DNA from: Delftia acidovorans NBRC 14950
Lineage (GTDB): Bacteria > Pseudomonadota > Gammaproteobacteria > Burkholderiales > Burkholderiaceae_C
Direction of reading: 5' to 3'
Length of the DNA stretch: 32,000 nucleotides
Assembly: GCF_001598795.1 (NCBI RefSeq)
Contig: NZ_BCZP01000008.1
Coordinates: forward strand, 240,001-272,000
The notes below the pieces were generated by a model that had not been told where the DNA came from, ran no database searches, and saw nothing but the letters and a program-made list of their open reading frames with translations. How positions within the stretch are numbered: position 1 is the stretch's first letter; every line of letters starts with the position of its first letter. Of this stretch, positions 1 through 8,947 are shown piece after piece. Both the position numbers and the translations under genes were made by a program.

Positions 1-54
1 GGAATGGCGCCACAAGAGGGCTTTTCTGGACAAGGTGTGAAAGGGCGTGCAGCC

Positions 55-690
55 ATGGCGGATACGGACTTCGATTTCGACATTCTGGAAACACTGGCCC
101 TGCGGGATGGCGGTTTCATCCATCTGCAGCGCCATGTGACGCGCATGCAGGACGCGGCGCGGCATTTCGGCCGGCCCTGCACGGATGCCGTGCTGGAGCA
201 GGCATTGCAGCAGCTGCGCCAGGCGCACGCCAGCGGCCACTGGCGCGTGCGCCTGGCGCTGGATGCCACGGGGCGGATACAGACCCAGGCGGCGCCGCTG
301 CCGCCTTCCGCCACGCCTGTTCGGCTGGCGCTGGCCGACCGGCCCATCGCCAATGCGGTGGCGCATGGCGACTGGGTGCGCTTCAAGACCTCGCGCCGCG
401 CGCACTACGACAGTCTGCAGCCCACCGATGCCTCGGTGTTCGACACCGTGCTCCACAACGAGGACGGCGAGATCACCGAGGGCACGCGCGGCAACATCGC
501 CGTGCTGCTGGCGGGCCGCTGGGTGACTCCGCCGCTGTCCAGCGGCCTGCTGCCCGGCGTGGGCCGCGCGGTGGCGCTGGACGAGGGCCGCGTGGTGGAG
601 CACCCGGTGCGGCTTGACGACCTGCCACGCGTGCAGGGCTGGGCCTTCGTCAACAGCCTGCGCGGCTGGCTGCCGGCGGTTCTGCGCTGA
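55..690 (+). CDS. Class IV aminotransferase-fold protein, aminodeoxychorismate-lyase-like (PabC-like)
   Basis: Frame-1 ORF 4..690. The layout and blocks (FIHLQRHVTRM, EITEGTRGNIAVLL, PPLSSGLLPGVGR) resemble the small class IV aminotransferase / ADC lyase family. I moved the start to ATG 55 because only 7 of the 17 codons before it end in G/C, unlike the rest of the gene. The frame is open to the window edge, so a fusion to an upstream PabB-like gene cannot be excluded. Confidence 0.6.
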   Translation: MADTDFDFDILETLALRDGGFIHLQRHVTRMQDAARHFGRPCTDAVLEQALQQLRQAHASGHWRVRLALDATGRIQTQAAPLPPSATPVRLALADRPIANAVAHGDWVRFKTSRRAHYDSLQPTDASVFDTVLHNEDGEITEGTRGNIAVLLAGRWVTPPLSSGLLPGVGRAVALDEGRVVEHPVRLDDLPRVQGWAFVNSLRGWLPAVLR

Positions 691-827
691 ACAGGCCCTA
701 GGGCCGTGGGTTGAACTCATGGTTTTCAGGGATGGATTGCGGATGGCAATGTCAGACAATCGGTGAATATTGTTGAGCAATATCATTTTGATTGTTGGCT
801 GATGCCTGTCTCCCCTGAGATCGATCC

Positions 828-1811
828 ATGCATGAATTCCGTATTTCCCGCCGCGCGCTGATCAGCGCCGCGGCTGTCCTGGCGGCGGGCCCGCTGTGCG
901 CCCAGACCACCTATCCCAACAAGCCCATTCGCGTCGTCGTCGGCTACGCGGCAGGCGGCTCGGTCGACCTGGTGGGGCGCGTGGTGGGTGACATCCTGGC
1001 CAAGCACCTCAATGCGACCGTCGTGGTCGACAACGTGCCCGGCGCCGCCGGCGTGGTGGCCGCGCAGCGCGTGGTCGGTGCCAAGGCCGACGGCTATACC
1101 CTGCTTGCAGGCTCCAGCAACGAATTGGCGGGCACGAAGTTCGTCAACGCCGCGCAGAAGTACGACCCGGCCACGGACCTGACCGGCATCGCGCTGACCG
1201 GCGTGCTGCCCAACCTGTGGGTGGCCGGCACCAAGATGCCGGCCAGGACCATCGACGAGTTCATCGCCCTGGCCAAGGCCCATCCCGGCAAGTACAGCTA
1301 CGGCAGCCCGGGCATCGGGTCCACGCCGCATTTCTCGGGCGAGCTGATCAAGAAGATTGCCGGGGTGGACATCGTCCATGTGCCCTACAAGGGATCGGCC
1401 GCGATGACCAGCGACCTGGCCGGCGGCAACCTGGATTTCGCCATCGTCTCTCCCTCGGTGGCGGCTCCGTTCATCCAGAGCGGCAAGATCAAGGCCCTGG
1501 GCGTGACCACGGCCCACCGCATCGCCATGATGAAGGACGTGCCCGCACTGGGCGAGAACGCAGCGCTCAAGGGCTATGCGCTGAGCGGCTGGTTCGGGCT
1601 GGCGGGACCCAAGGACCTGCCTGCCGAGGTGGTGGCCAGTCTGCAGAAGGCCTTGAAGGCGGGCCTGGCCGATCCGGCGATGCGCGCGCGCCTGGAAGGG
1701 GCGGGCATCATTGCCCCCACGGGCGACGAAAACCTGTCCCAGATCATCCGTACCGACATGGGCAAGTACGCCGAACTGGTCAAGTTCGCCAAGATCACGC
1801 CGGAAAACTGA
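828..1811 (+). CDS. Bug-family (TctC-like) tripartite tricarboxylate transporter periplasmic substrate-binding protein, orphan
   Basis: 327-aa ORF with an N-terminal signal peptide (SRRALISAAAVLAAGPLCAQ). It has the typical Bug blocks YPNKPIRVVVGYAAGGSVDLVGR and YGSPGIGSTPHFSGEL. No TctA/TctB membrane partners are adjacent. Confidence 0.9.
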   Translation: MHEFRISRRALISAAAVLAAGPLCAQTTYPNKPIRVVVGYAAGGSVDLVGRVVGDILAKHLNATVVVDNVPGAAGVVAAQRVVGAKADGYTLLAGSSNELAGTKFVNAAQKYDPATDLTGIALTGVLPNLWVAGTKMPARTIDEFIALAKAHPGKYSYGSPGIGSTPHFSGELIKKIAGVDIVHVPYKGSAAMTSDLAGGNLDFAIVSPSVAAPFIQSGKIKALGVTTAHRIAMMKDVPALGENAALKGYALSGWFGLAGPKDLPAEVVASLQKALKAGLADPAMRARLEGAGIIAPTGDENLSQIIRTDMGKYAELVKFAKITPEN

Positions 1812-1831
1812 AGCAGGGCCTGCCGCCATGG

Positions 1832-1861
1832 AAAAACGCCTCGTTCCCCGAGGCGTTTTTT
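1832..1861. terminator. Bidirectional rho-independent terminator between the convergent Bug and DTW genes
   Basis: aaaaaCGCCTCG-ttccc-CGAGGCGtttttt. A 7-bp GC-rich stem (1837-1843 / 1849-1855) is flanked by an A-run on the left and a T-run on the right, so it can terminate on both strands. Confidence 0.8.
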
Positions 1862-2499
1862 CATTCGGACCTGTGCAGGGCATGCAGGGCCAGCAGCCCC
1901 TCGAACGCATCGCGCAGCGGCTGCAGCGACGGGCCGGCAGGCGCCAGCCGTTGCAGCGCGCAGGCCGCTGCCTCCAGCGTGGACAGCTGGCCCGGCGCAT
2001 GGGCCTTGCGCAGGGTGCCGTAGCGCGAGGCGGGCAGGTCGCCCTGCAGTGCCAGGCGCGGCAGGGCCTGCAGGCCGGGGTTGAGGTAGAGCATCTTGCG
2101 GCTCTTGCGCCAGGTGGCGTCCAGCACCACCAGGCGCAGGTCCTCGGGGCATGGCGCGGGCTGCGGCCAGGGCGCTTGCCTGGCCAGGCCCAACTGATCG
2201 CCGTGCGGCGTTTCCGGATAGAGCAGTACGGCCTGCCGCGGGGCGTCGCCGTCCTGCCAGGGCGCGTGCAGCAGTGCCTGCAACTGCGCTGGCTCGAAGG
2301 CCTCGCCCACCGCCAGGCGGCTGGCGGGCAGGCACAGGTGCAGCAGCCGGCCCGTGCCCTTGGCCTGCAGTTCTTCCTCGGGATGCTGGAGCACCAGCAG
2401 CTGCACCGCATGCGGCACCGGCTGCACCAGGGGGCACAGGCAGGTGCGCTCAGGGCGCAGGCATTGCGCGCAGCGTGCGCGGGTGCTCACGGCGGACAA
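1861..2499 (-). CDS. DTW-domain tRNA-uridine aminocarboxypropyltransferase (TapT/YfiP-like)
   Basis: 212-aa ORF with an N-terminal Cys cluster (RCAQC...TCLCP) and the DTW motif (VVLDATWRKSRKM). The start at 2499 is TTG, with GTG 2490 as an alternative, so the 5' end is uncertain by a few codons. Confidence 0.8.
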   Translation of the reverse strand: MSAVSTRARCAQCLRPERTCLCPLVQPVPHAVQLLVLQHPEEELQAKGTGRLLHLCLPASRLAVGEAFEPAQLQALLHAPWQDGDAPRQAVLLYPETPHGDQLGLARQAPWPQPAPCPEDLRLVVLDATWRKSRKMLYLNPGLQALPRLALQGDLPASRYGTLRKAHAPGQLSTLEAAACALQRLAPAGPSLQPLRDAFEGLLALHALHRSE

Positions 2500-2514
2500 G
2501 GCCCGGCGCCTGCC

Positions 2515-2874
2515 TTACAGGCGACCCTTGTAGTAGCTGGGCTTGTCCATGTCGGCGATTTCCACGCTGAGCTGGACCATCATGCCGGCCGGCTGGGGCG
2601 TGAGGCGGCGCAGCACCGCGGCAATGCCTTCGGACAGCTCCTTCTTGGCCGTGTCGGTACGGCCCGCCAGCAGGCGCAGCTGCACATGGACGAAGCCGCG
2701 GTTGGCAGGAGCGGAGCCGATCTCGAACTGGCTGACCGGCAGCAGGCGGGCCTTGACGTCGGCCTCGTCCAGGATGCTGGGGTGGCTGCAGACGAAGGCA
2801 TTGAGTTCGGTCAGCAGTTGCTGGCCGGGCAGGCCGGCGAGGTTGTCGGTGTATTCGACGTAGAGATGGGGCAT
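2515..2874 (-). CDS. 5-carboxymethyl-2-hydroxymuconate isomerase-like tautomerase-superfamily protein
   Basis: 119 aa starting MPHLYVEYT, with Pro directly after the initiator Met (the catalytic Pro1 position of tautomerases). Length and sequence style fit the CHMI family. It lies 31 nt downstream of bioF. Confidence 0.75.
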   Translation of the reverse strand: MPHLYVEYTDNLAGLPGQQLLTELNAFVCSHPSILDEADVKARLLPVSQFEIGSAPANRGFVHVQLRLLAGRTDTAKKELSEGIAAVLRRLTPQPAGMMVQLSVEIADMDKPSYYKGRL

Positions 2875-2905
2875 GGATGTCTCCGTTCCGGTGGTGAAGA
2901 GGGAT

Positions 2906-4123
2906 TCAGGGGATGGGTGGGGCCAGGCGCGAGACCTCGTCCAGCGCCGTCAGCAGCAGCTGCACGTCGATGCGCGTGTGGGAGGCCGACAGCGCAATGC
3001 GCAGCCGCGCCGTGCCTTCGGGCACGGTGGGCGGGCGGATGGCGGGCACCCACAGGCCGCGCTCGCGCAGGCCCTCCATCACGGCCAGGGCCGTGGCGTT
3101 GGAGCCTATGACCAGGGCCTGCACGGCGGTGCGCGAGGGCAGCAGCTGCCAGCCCGTGCGCGCCAGCAGCGGCGTGAGGCCGGCGCGCAGCTCGGCAATG
3201 CGTTCGGCCAGGGCCTCGCGGCGCTCGTCCTCGGCCTCGATCAGGGCCACGCTGGCCTGCAGCGCGCTGGCCAGCATGGGCGGCGCGGCCGTGGCGAAGA
3301 TGTAGCTGCGCGTCTTTTGCAGCAGCCACTCGACCAGCATGTCGCTGCCCGCGACAAAGGCACCGGCCACGCCAGCGGCCTTGCCCAGCGTGGCCATGTA
3401 GAGCACGCGCGGCGAGGCGTTTGCGCCCGTCAGTCCCGCCTCGGCCAGGCTGCCCCGGCCTTGTGGGCCGAGCACGCCGAAGCCATGCGCGTCGTCGAGC
3501 AGCAGCAGTGCGTCGTATTGCTCGCACAGCGTCAGCAGTCCGCGGATGTCGGCCACGTTGCCATCCATGCTGAACACGGCATCGCTGATGACCAGCTTGC
3601 GCCGGGCCGTGCTGGCGGCCAGTTGCGCGGCCAGGTCGCCCAGGTCGGCATGGGCATAGCGGTGGACCTGGGCGCGCGACAGGCGGGCGCCGTCGATCAG
3701 GCAGGCGTGGTTGAGCGCATCGGAGAACAGGGCATCGCCCGCACCCACCAGGGCCGGCACGATGCCGGCATTGGTGGCGTAGCCCGCATAGAAGTAGAGC
3801 GCGCGCGGCAGTTGCACGAAGTGCGCCAGCTGTTCCTCCAGCGCGGCGTTGGCCGTGCTGTGGCCGCTGACCAGGGGCGAGCCGCCCGAGCCCACGCCAA
3901 AGGCCTGGGCGCCCGCGCAGGCGGCGCGCACCAGGGTGGGGTGGCCGGCCAGGCCCAGGTAGTCGTTGCTGCAAAAGGCGAGCATGGGGTGGCCGTCCAC
4001 CTCCATGTGGGCGCCGCTGGCGGCGCCCTGCAGCGGCGCCGTGGCGCGGCGGCGCCGGCGCAGGTGGGCTGCGTCGAGCTCGGCGATGCGCGCGGGGATG
4101 TCGTCCAGCCAGGAGCCGCTCAT
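2906..4123 (-). CDS. bioF: 8-amino-7-oxononanoate synthase
   Basis: Recognisable BioF sequence (SNDYLGLAGHP, SDALNHACLIDG, LLLDDAHGFGVLG, ATLGKAAG with the PLP lysine). Start chosen at ATG 4123, which has GGAG 8 nt upstream and an ATGA overlap with the bioD stop; ATG 4129 is an alternative. The 702-aa track ORF (to 5014) is an artefactual upstream extension overlapping bioD. Confidence 0.92.
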   Translation of the reverse strand: MSGSWLDDIPARIAELDAAHLRRRRRATAPLQGAASGAHMEVDGHPMLAFCSNDYLGLAGHPTLVRAACAGAQAFGVGSGGSPLVSGHSTANAALEEQLAHFVQLPRALYFYAGYATNAGIVPALVGAGDALFSDALNHACLIDGARLSRAQVHRYAHADLGDLAAQLAASTARRKLVISDAVFSMDGNVADIRGLLTLCEQYDALLLLDDAHGFGVLGPQGRGSLAEAGLTGANASPRVLYMATLGKAAGVAGAFVAGSDMLVEWLLQKTRSYIFATAAPPMLASALQASVALIEAEDERREALAERIAELRAGLTPLLARTGWQLLPSRTAVQALVIGSNATALAVMEGLRERGLWVPAIRPPTVPEGTARLRIALSASHTRIDVQLLLTALDEVSRLAPPIP

Positions 4124-4821
4124 TGCCATTGCTCCGGCAGGGTGTAGGTGGTGGCGCGCGGGTCGGGGTGCTGCTGGAAGGGGATGTCGGCCAGCAGCGG
4201 TGCCTGCAGTTGCCGGTCCAGGTGCTGGCGCAGCCAGGCCATGTTTTCCTCGGGCACCAGCATGGCGGGGTCCACGCGGCTGGCAATCCAGCCGGCCAGG
4301 CGCAGGCCGCGCGCGCGGATGGCCTCGGCCGTGAGGGCGGCGTGGTTCAGGCAGCCCAGCCGCAGGCCCACGACCATGACCACGGGCAGGTCCAGCGCGC
4401 AGGCCAGGTCGGCGCCCGAGAGCTGGTCGGACAGCGGCACCAGGAAGCCGCCCGCGCCTTCCACCACCACGGCGTCGGCCTGTTCGGCCAGGCGCCGGTA
4501 GCTGTCCACGATGTGTGCGATCTCTATGGGGCGGCCCGCGCGCTGCGCGGCGATGTGCGGCGACATGGGATCGGGCAGCAGCACGGGGTTGTCGAGTTCG
4601 GGCGGCACGGCCAGGGTGGAGGCGGCGCGCAGCGCAAGCGTGTCCTCGTTGGCCCAGCCGCCCTGGCCGTCGGGCTCGGCGCCTGCGGCCACGGCCTTCA
4701 TGCCCACCACGCGGGCATGGTGGCGGGCCAGCGCATGCAGCAGCCCGCAGGAGGCCAGGGTCTTGCCCACGCCCGTGTCGGTGCCGGTGACAAAGCAGCC
4801 AATGGTGCGGTGGGCGTTCAC
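4120..4821 (-). CDS. bioD: Dethiobiotin synthase (ATP-dependent)
   Basis: 233 aa with the P-loop FVTGTDTGVGKT and BioD-like sequence throughout. The GTG start overlaps the bioA stop (GTGA). Confidence 0.92.
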   Translation of the reverse strand: MNAHRTIGCFVTGTDTGVGKTLASCGLLHALARHHARVVGMKAVAAGAEPDGQGGWANEDTLALRAASTLAVPPELDNPVLLPDPMSPHIAAQRAGRPIEIAHIVDSYRRLAEQADAVVVEGAGGFLVPLSDQLSGADLACALDLPVVMVVGLRLGCLNHAALTAEAIRARGLRLAGWIASRVDPAMLVPEENMAWLRQHLDRQLQAPLLADIPFQQHPDPRATTYTLPEQWQ

Positions 4822-6140
4822 GAATGGTTCTCCTGGGCCAGGGTGTCTTCAAGGGCGGCCAGCGCGCTGGCCGCCAGGTGCTGCACGGCCTCTTCGTCCA
4901 GCAAATAGGGCGGCATGGCGTAGAGGGTGTTGCTGATAGGGCGCAGCAGCAGCCCGCGCTCCAGTGCGGCTGCGCTGTAGCGGCGCGAGAAGTCGGGCAG
5001 CGAGGTCTGCACATCCCAGGCCCAGATCATTCCCTGGCGCCGTGCGTGGCGCACGCGGGCGTGCTGGTTCAAAGGGGCGAAGGCGCCGTCAAGCCTTTGC
5101 GCCAGCGCGAGGTTGGCGTTGATGGCATCGGTCTGCTCGAACAGCTCCAGCGTGGCCAGGGCCGCACGGCAGGCCAGCGGGTTGCCGGTGTACGAGTGCG
5201 AGTGCAGGAAGCCGCGCGCCACGGAATCGTCGTAGAAGGCGGCGTAGACGGTCTCGGTGGTCAGCACGGCCGACAGGGCCAGCGTGCCGCCCGTCAGGCC
5301 CTTGGACAGGCAGATGAAGTCCGGCCGTATGCCGGCCTGCTGGTGGGCGAACATGCTGCCCGTGCGGCCGAAGCCCACGGCGATCTCGTCCACCACCAGG
5401 TGCACCTCGTAGCGGTCGCACAGGGCGCGCGCCAGGCGCAGGTATTCGGGGTCGTGCATGGCCATGCCGGCCGCGCACTGCACCAGCGGCTCGACGATGA
5501 GGGCGGCCGTGGTCTCGTGGTGCTGCTCCAGCCACTGGCGCAGGCCTTCGGCGGCGCGCCGTGCCACATCGACCGGGCTTTCGCCGCCTTGCGCGCCGCG
5601 TGCATCGGGGCTGGGCACGGTGTCGGCCAGGCGCACCAGGGGCGCATAGGCTTCGCGGAAGATGGGAATATCGGTCACGGCCAGCGCGCCCACGGTTTCG
5701 CCGTGGTAGCCGCCGGCCAGGCCTGCAAAGCGGCTCTTGGCAGGGCGGCCCAGGTTGCGCCAGTAATGCGCGCTCATCTTGAGGGCGATCTCGGTGGCCG
5801 ATGCGCCGTCGCTGCCGTAGAAGGCATGGCCCAGGCCGGTGAGCGTGGCCAGCCGTTCGGACAGCTCCACCACGGGCGCGTGCGTGAAGCCGGCCAGCAT
5901 CACATGGTCAAGCTGGGCGAGCTGGTCGGTGAGCGCGGTCTGGATGTGCGGATGGCTGTGGCCGAAGAGGTTGACCCACCAGGAGCTGACGCCATCCAGG
6001 TAGCGGCGTCCTTCGGTGTCGTGGAGCCAGGGCCCCTGGGCGCGCGCGATGGCGATGGGGGGCGCGGCCTCGTGCCGCTTCATCTGGGTGCAGGGGTGCC
6101 ACACAGCCGCAAGGCTGCGGGCGGCAAGCGATTGAGTCAT
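4818..6140 (-). CDS. bioA: Adenosylmethionine-8-amino-7-oxononanoate aminotransferase
   Basis: 440-aa class III aminotransferase (VVDEIAVGFGRTG, ICLSKGLTGG with the PLP lysine), located within a bio gene cluster. Confidence 0.92.
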   Translation of the reverse strand: MTQSLAARSLAAVWHPCTQMKRHEAAPPIAIARAQGPWLHDTEGRRYLDGVSSWWVNLFGHSHPHIQTALTDQLAQLDHVMLAGFTHAPVVELSERLATLTGLGHAFYGSDGASATEIALKMSAHYWRNLGRPAKSRFAGLAGGYHGETVGALAVTDIPIFREAYAPLVRLADTVPSPDARGAQGGESPVDVARRAAEGLRQWLEQHHETTAALIVEPLVQCAAGMAMHDPEYLRLARALCDRYEVHLVVDEIAVGFGRTGSMFAHQQAGIRPDFICLSKGLTGGTLALSAVLTTETVYAAFYDDSVARGFLHSHSYTGNPLACRAALATLELFEQTDAINANLALAQRLDGAFAPLNQHARVRHARRQGMIWAWDVQTSLPDFSRRYSAAALERGLLLRPISNTLYAMPPYLLDEEAVQHLAASALAALEDTLAQENHS

Positions 6141-6167
6141 CGCGCGATTGTCACACCGCAGCGCAGC

Positions 6168-6548
6168 TCACAGCTGCTGCGTGGGCACGTGGTGGCGCAG
6201 TTCGACCTGGCGGTTGGCATCGTCCACGAAGACCAGCTGCGGCTGGTGCGTGGCCACGTCGGTCTCATGCACCTGGGCGAAGGAGGCAATGATCAGCAGG
6301 TCACCCACGGCAGCACGGCGCGCGGCCGAGCCGTTGACCGAGATCATGCCGCTGCCGCGCTGGCCCTTGATGGCATAGGTGACGAAGCGTTCGCCGTTGT
6401 CGATGTTCCAGATGTGGACCTGCTCGTTCTCGACAATGTTGGCGGCGTCCAGCAGGTCCTCGTCGATGGCGCAGGAGCCTTCATAGTGCAGCTCGCATTG
6501 CGTGGTCTTGACGCGGTGGATCTTGGATTTGAGCAGGGTGCGGAACAT
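6168..6548 (-). CDS. panD: Aspartate 1-decarboxylase (pyruvoyl-dependent)
   Basis: 126 aa starting [16 protein letters not shown], with the self-processing site YEGSCAID (Gly-Ser) and VNGSAARR. Confidence 0.95.
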
Positions 6549-6689
6549 GTTTGTCTCTCGAGGGGCGCTTTGCGCGGTCTTGATGGGGCCTGGGCTGGCA
6601 AAAAAGCCACCAAGTCTATATGCGAAGGAGAAATCCCATGAAGGCCGTGAAGTTGTTCAACGGCAGCGGCGCCGCTGCGGGGCCTGGCT

Positions 6690-7055
6690 TCAGTTCAGGT
6701 CGAGCACGCAGCCATCGCCGATGCTGTCGCGCCATACGCGGATGCGGCTGGGAGCGGGCTGCAGGTCGGCCAGGGAATCGGCAATGAACAGGCACAGGTT
6801 TTCCAGCGTGGGCTTGCCCAGGCCGGGGATTTCGTCGAGAAAGCGGTGGTCCAGCGCGTCGCCCAGGGTCTTCAGGCGCGAGCGCAGGTAGCCCAGGTCG
6901 ATCACCATGCCGTTGTCCGGATTGCGCGGGCCGGTGACGCTGACTTCGGCATAGTAGGTGTGGCCGTGGATGCGGCGGCTGCTCTCGGTCTCGATGGCGC
7001 GTTCCAGCGTGTGGGCGGCATCGAAGAAAAAGCGCTGGTGTACGGTGAACTGCAT
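6690..7055 (-). CDS. queD: 6-carboxy-5,6,7,8-tetrahydropterin synthase
   Basis: 121 aa starting at the internal ATG 7055 of the 368-aa track ORF (MQFTVHQRFFFDAAHTL...HGHTYYAEV), a PTPS-type QueD signature. It lies 8 nt downstream of queE. Confidence 0.9.
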   Translation of the reverse strand: MQFTVHQRFFFDAAHTLERAIETESSRRIHGHTYYAEVSVTGPRNPDNGMVIDLGYLRSRLKTLGDALDHRFLDEIPGLGKPTLENLCLFIADSLADLQPAPSRIRVWRDSIGDGCVLDLN

Positions 7056-7063
7056 GGCAAAAA

Positions 7064-7702
7064 TCAGCGGATGCCGGTGAGCTTGTGGGTCTGCAGGCTC
7101 AGGCGCCAGGCCGGGCGCTGCAGGCATTGCGCTATGCAGGCGGCCGTGTTGTCGGCCTGCAGGACGTTGTCCATGGGCTGCAGGAAATAGCGGTCGAAAC
7201 GGGTGCCGGCCTCGATGGCCTGCAGATCGAAGCCGGGTTGCGGCCAGACCAGCTTGAGCTCCTGGCCGCTGCGCTGCACCCAGTCGGCGCCCGCCTTGGG
7301 GCTGATGCACAGCCAGTCGATGCCCTCGGGCGCGGCCACGGTGCCGTTGCTTTCCACGGAAATGCGAAAGCCGCGCGCATGCAGGGCCGCGATCAGGGGC
7401 TCGTCCACCTGCAGCAGGGGCTCTCCCCCGGTCAGCACCACCATGCGGTGCTGGCTGTCGCCGGCCGGCCATTGGGACAGGATGCGTTCGGCCAGGGCGT
7501 CGGCCGTGGCGAACTTGCCGCCCAGCGTGCCGTCGGTGCCCACGAAGTCGGTGTCGCAGAACTGGCAGATGGCGCTGGCGCGGTCCTGCTCGCGGCCGGT
7601 CCAGAGGTTGCAGCCTGCAAAGCGGCAGAAGATGGCCGGCGTGCCGGCCTGGCCGCCCTCGCCCTGCAGGGTGTAGAAGATTTCTTTGACGCTGTAAGTC
7701 AT
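7064..7702 (-). CDS. queE: 7-carboxy-7-deazaguanine synthase (radical SAM)
   Basis: 212 aa with YTLQGEGGQAGTPAIFCRFAGC. It shows the C-X14-C-X2-C cluster arrangement (C NLWTGREQDRASAI C QF C) described for betaproteobacterial QueE. Confidence 0.92.
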   Translation of the reverse strand: MTYSVKEIFYTLQGEGGQAGTPAIFCRFAGCNLWTGREQDRASAICQFCDTDFVGTDGTLGGKFATADALAERILSQWPAGDSQHRMVVLTGGEPLLQVDEPLIAALHARGFRISVESNGTVAAPEGIDWLCISPKAGADWVQRSGQELKLVWPQPGFDLQAIEAGTRFDRYFLQPMDNVLQADNTAACIAQCLQRPAWRLSLQTHKLTGIR

Positions 7703-7755
7703 GGTGCATGGAGGCCGGTGGAGCCGGCCTGTCGGTGTGCGCGTGCCTGTGCCCG

Positions 7756-8649
7756 CTAGACGGGCGTATAGGCCAGGCGCACGTAGATGGGCGCAAAGGC
7801 TTCGGCCTGGGTGATCTCGATCAGCGTTTCCTTGGCCAGCTCCAGCAGGGCGATGAAGGTCACGACCAGCACGGTCGAGCCTTTCTCGGGCTGGAACAGG
7901 GTCTCGAACTCGACGAAGCGCCGGCCCTGCAGGGCCTTGAGCACCTGGCTCATGTACTCGCGCACCGAGAGTTCCTCGCGCGTGATCTTGTGGCTTTGCA
8001 CGAGCTTGGCGCGCTTGAGAATGTCGCGCCAGGCCGATTGCAGCTCGGCCACGTCCACATCGGGAAAGCGTGGCTGCAGGTTCTGCTCGATGTGGATCTG
8101 GGCCCGGAGGAAGTCGCGTCCGTAGTGCGGCACCTGGCCGAGCTGGTGGGCAGCGAGCTTGATCTGCTCGTACTCGAGCAGCCGGCGCACCAGCTCGGCG
8201 CGCGGGTCCTCGGCCTCTTCGCCGCCTTCCTGCTTCTTGGGCGGCAGCAGCATGCGCGACTTGATCTCGATGAGCATGGCCGCCATCAGCAGGTACTCGG
8301 CAGCCAGTTCGAGGTTGCGGCTGCGGATCTCGTCGACATATCGCATGTACTGGCGCGTCACGTCCAGCATGGGTATGTCGAGGATGTTGAAGTTCTGCTT
8401 GCGGATCAGGTACAGCAACAGGTCCAGCGGCCCTTCGAAGGCTTCGAGGAAGACCTCCAGCGCATCGGGCGGGATGTACAGGTCCTGCGGCAGGGCGAAC
8501 AGCGGCTCGCCGTACAGGCGCGCCAAAGCCACCTGGTCGATCACGACCGGGGTGCCGTCGCCAGGAGGGGGGGATGTGGCGGAGGCGCCCGCAGGCGCCA
8601 GCGCGGATTCAGCCTCGGCCATGCCTTGCTGCCTGGGCGAATGCCGCAT
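7756..8649 (-). CDS. scpA: Segregation and condensation protein A
   Basis: Contains FEGPLDLLLYLIRKQNFNILDIPMLDVTRQY and LAAEYLLMAAMLIEIKSRMLLP, which are typical ScpA kleisin blocks. ATG 8622 is an alternative start. Confidence 0.88.
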   Translation of the reverse strand: MRHSPRQQGMAEAESALAPAGASATSPPPGDGTPVVIDQVALARLYGEPLFALPQDLYIPPDALEVFLEAFEGPLDLLLYLIRKQNFNILDIPMLDVTRQYMRYVDEIRSRNLELAAEYLLMAAMLIEIKSRMLLPPKKQEGGEEAEDPRAELVRRLLEYEQIKLAAHQLGQVPHYGRDFLRAQIHIEQNLQPRFPDVDVAELQSAWRDILKRAKLVQSHKITREELSVREYMSQVLKALQGRRFVEFETLFQPEKGSTVLVVTFIALLELAKETLIEITQAEAFAPIYVRLAYTPV

Positions 8650-8697
8650 GCGCAGGGTGCACGGTGGGAACAGGCTGATTTTTCATCGCATGGGCAA

Positions 8698-8901
8698 TCA
8701 GGAGTTCGTCTGGTAGACGTAGGGCTTCTGGTCCACGCGGCCGGCGCGCAGGTCTTCCCAGACTTCGTGGTTCACGTCCTTGTCCCACAGCAGCGAGCGG
8801 CCGGCCAGCTGTTGGCTGGGCAGCTCGGGCTTTTGCTTCTTCAGGTCGTTGATGAAGTTGGTGGCGTCGGAGCGATAGTCGGGGCGGCGAAAGAATGACA
8901 T
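8698..8901 (-). CDS. Small conserved protein, DUF3460-like
   Basis: 67 aa from the internal ATG 8901 of the 154-aa track ORF (MSFFRRPDYRSDATNFINDLKK...). Its size, sequence style and position next to scpA match the small DUF3460 proteins of Burkholderiales as I remember them. This was not checked. Confidence 0.65.
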   Translation of the reverse strand: MSFFRRPDYRSDATNFINDLKKQKPELPSQQLAGRSLLWDKDVNHEVWEDLRAGRVDQKPYVYQTNS

Positions 8902-8947
8902 AGTCTGATAACCTCTTGAATCGCGTGATTTTACCGGGACACCGCCG

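Noticed and set aside
691-827. The palindrome GGCCCTAGGGCC lies just after the PabC-like stop. The inverted repeat ATATTG-ttgag-CAATAT lies upstream of the Bug gene.
   Set aside because: The first has no T-run and is too short to call a terminator. The second is a 6-bp-arm repeat in A/T-rich promoter DNA with no identifiable regulator. I noted both but cannot support either as a feature.
2906-5014. Several track ORFs look like large fusion proteins. These are 702 aa (2906..5014), 368 aa (6690..7796), 642 aa (12710..14638), 628 aa (13909..15795), 461 aa (21025..22410), 420 aa (21711..22973), 314 aa (23704..24648), 419 aa (24714..25973) and 1126 aa (26242..29622).
   Set aside because: Only the C-terminal portion of each matches a protein family. 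The N-terminal extensions overlap the upstream gene in another frame or run into intergenic DNA. Internal starts with ribosome-binding sites or stop/start overlaps give family-typical lengths.
6638-6799. A 53-codon plus-strand ORF ([15 protein letters not shown]...) has an excellent AAGGAG ribosome-binding site 7 nt upstream. It lies in the queD-panD spacer and runs antisense into queD.
   Set aside because: After the first few codons the peptide is Arg/Cys/Gly-rich shadow-type sequence overlapping the queD 3' end, and no family is recognisable. The AAGGAG may be chance. It would need ribosome profiling to be revived.
7703-7755. I looked for a preQ1 riboswitch or other leader upstream of queE-queD.
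   Set aside because: There are only 53 nt between scpA and queE, and no preQ1-I/II-like hairpin with an A-rich tail. The genes are probably co-transcribed with scpA or use a simple promoter.
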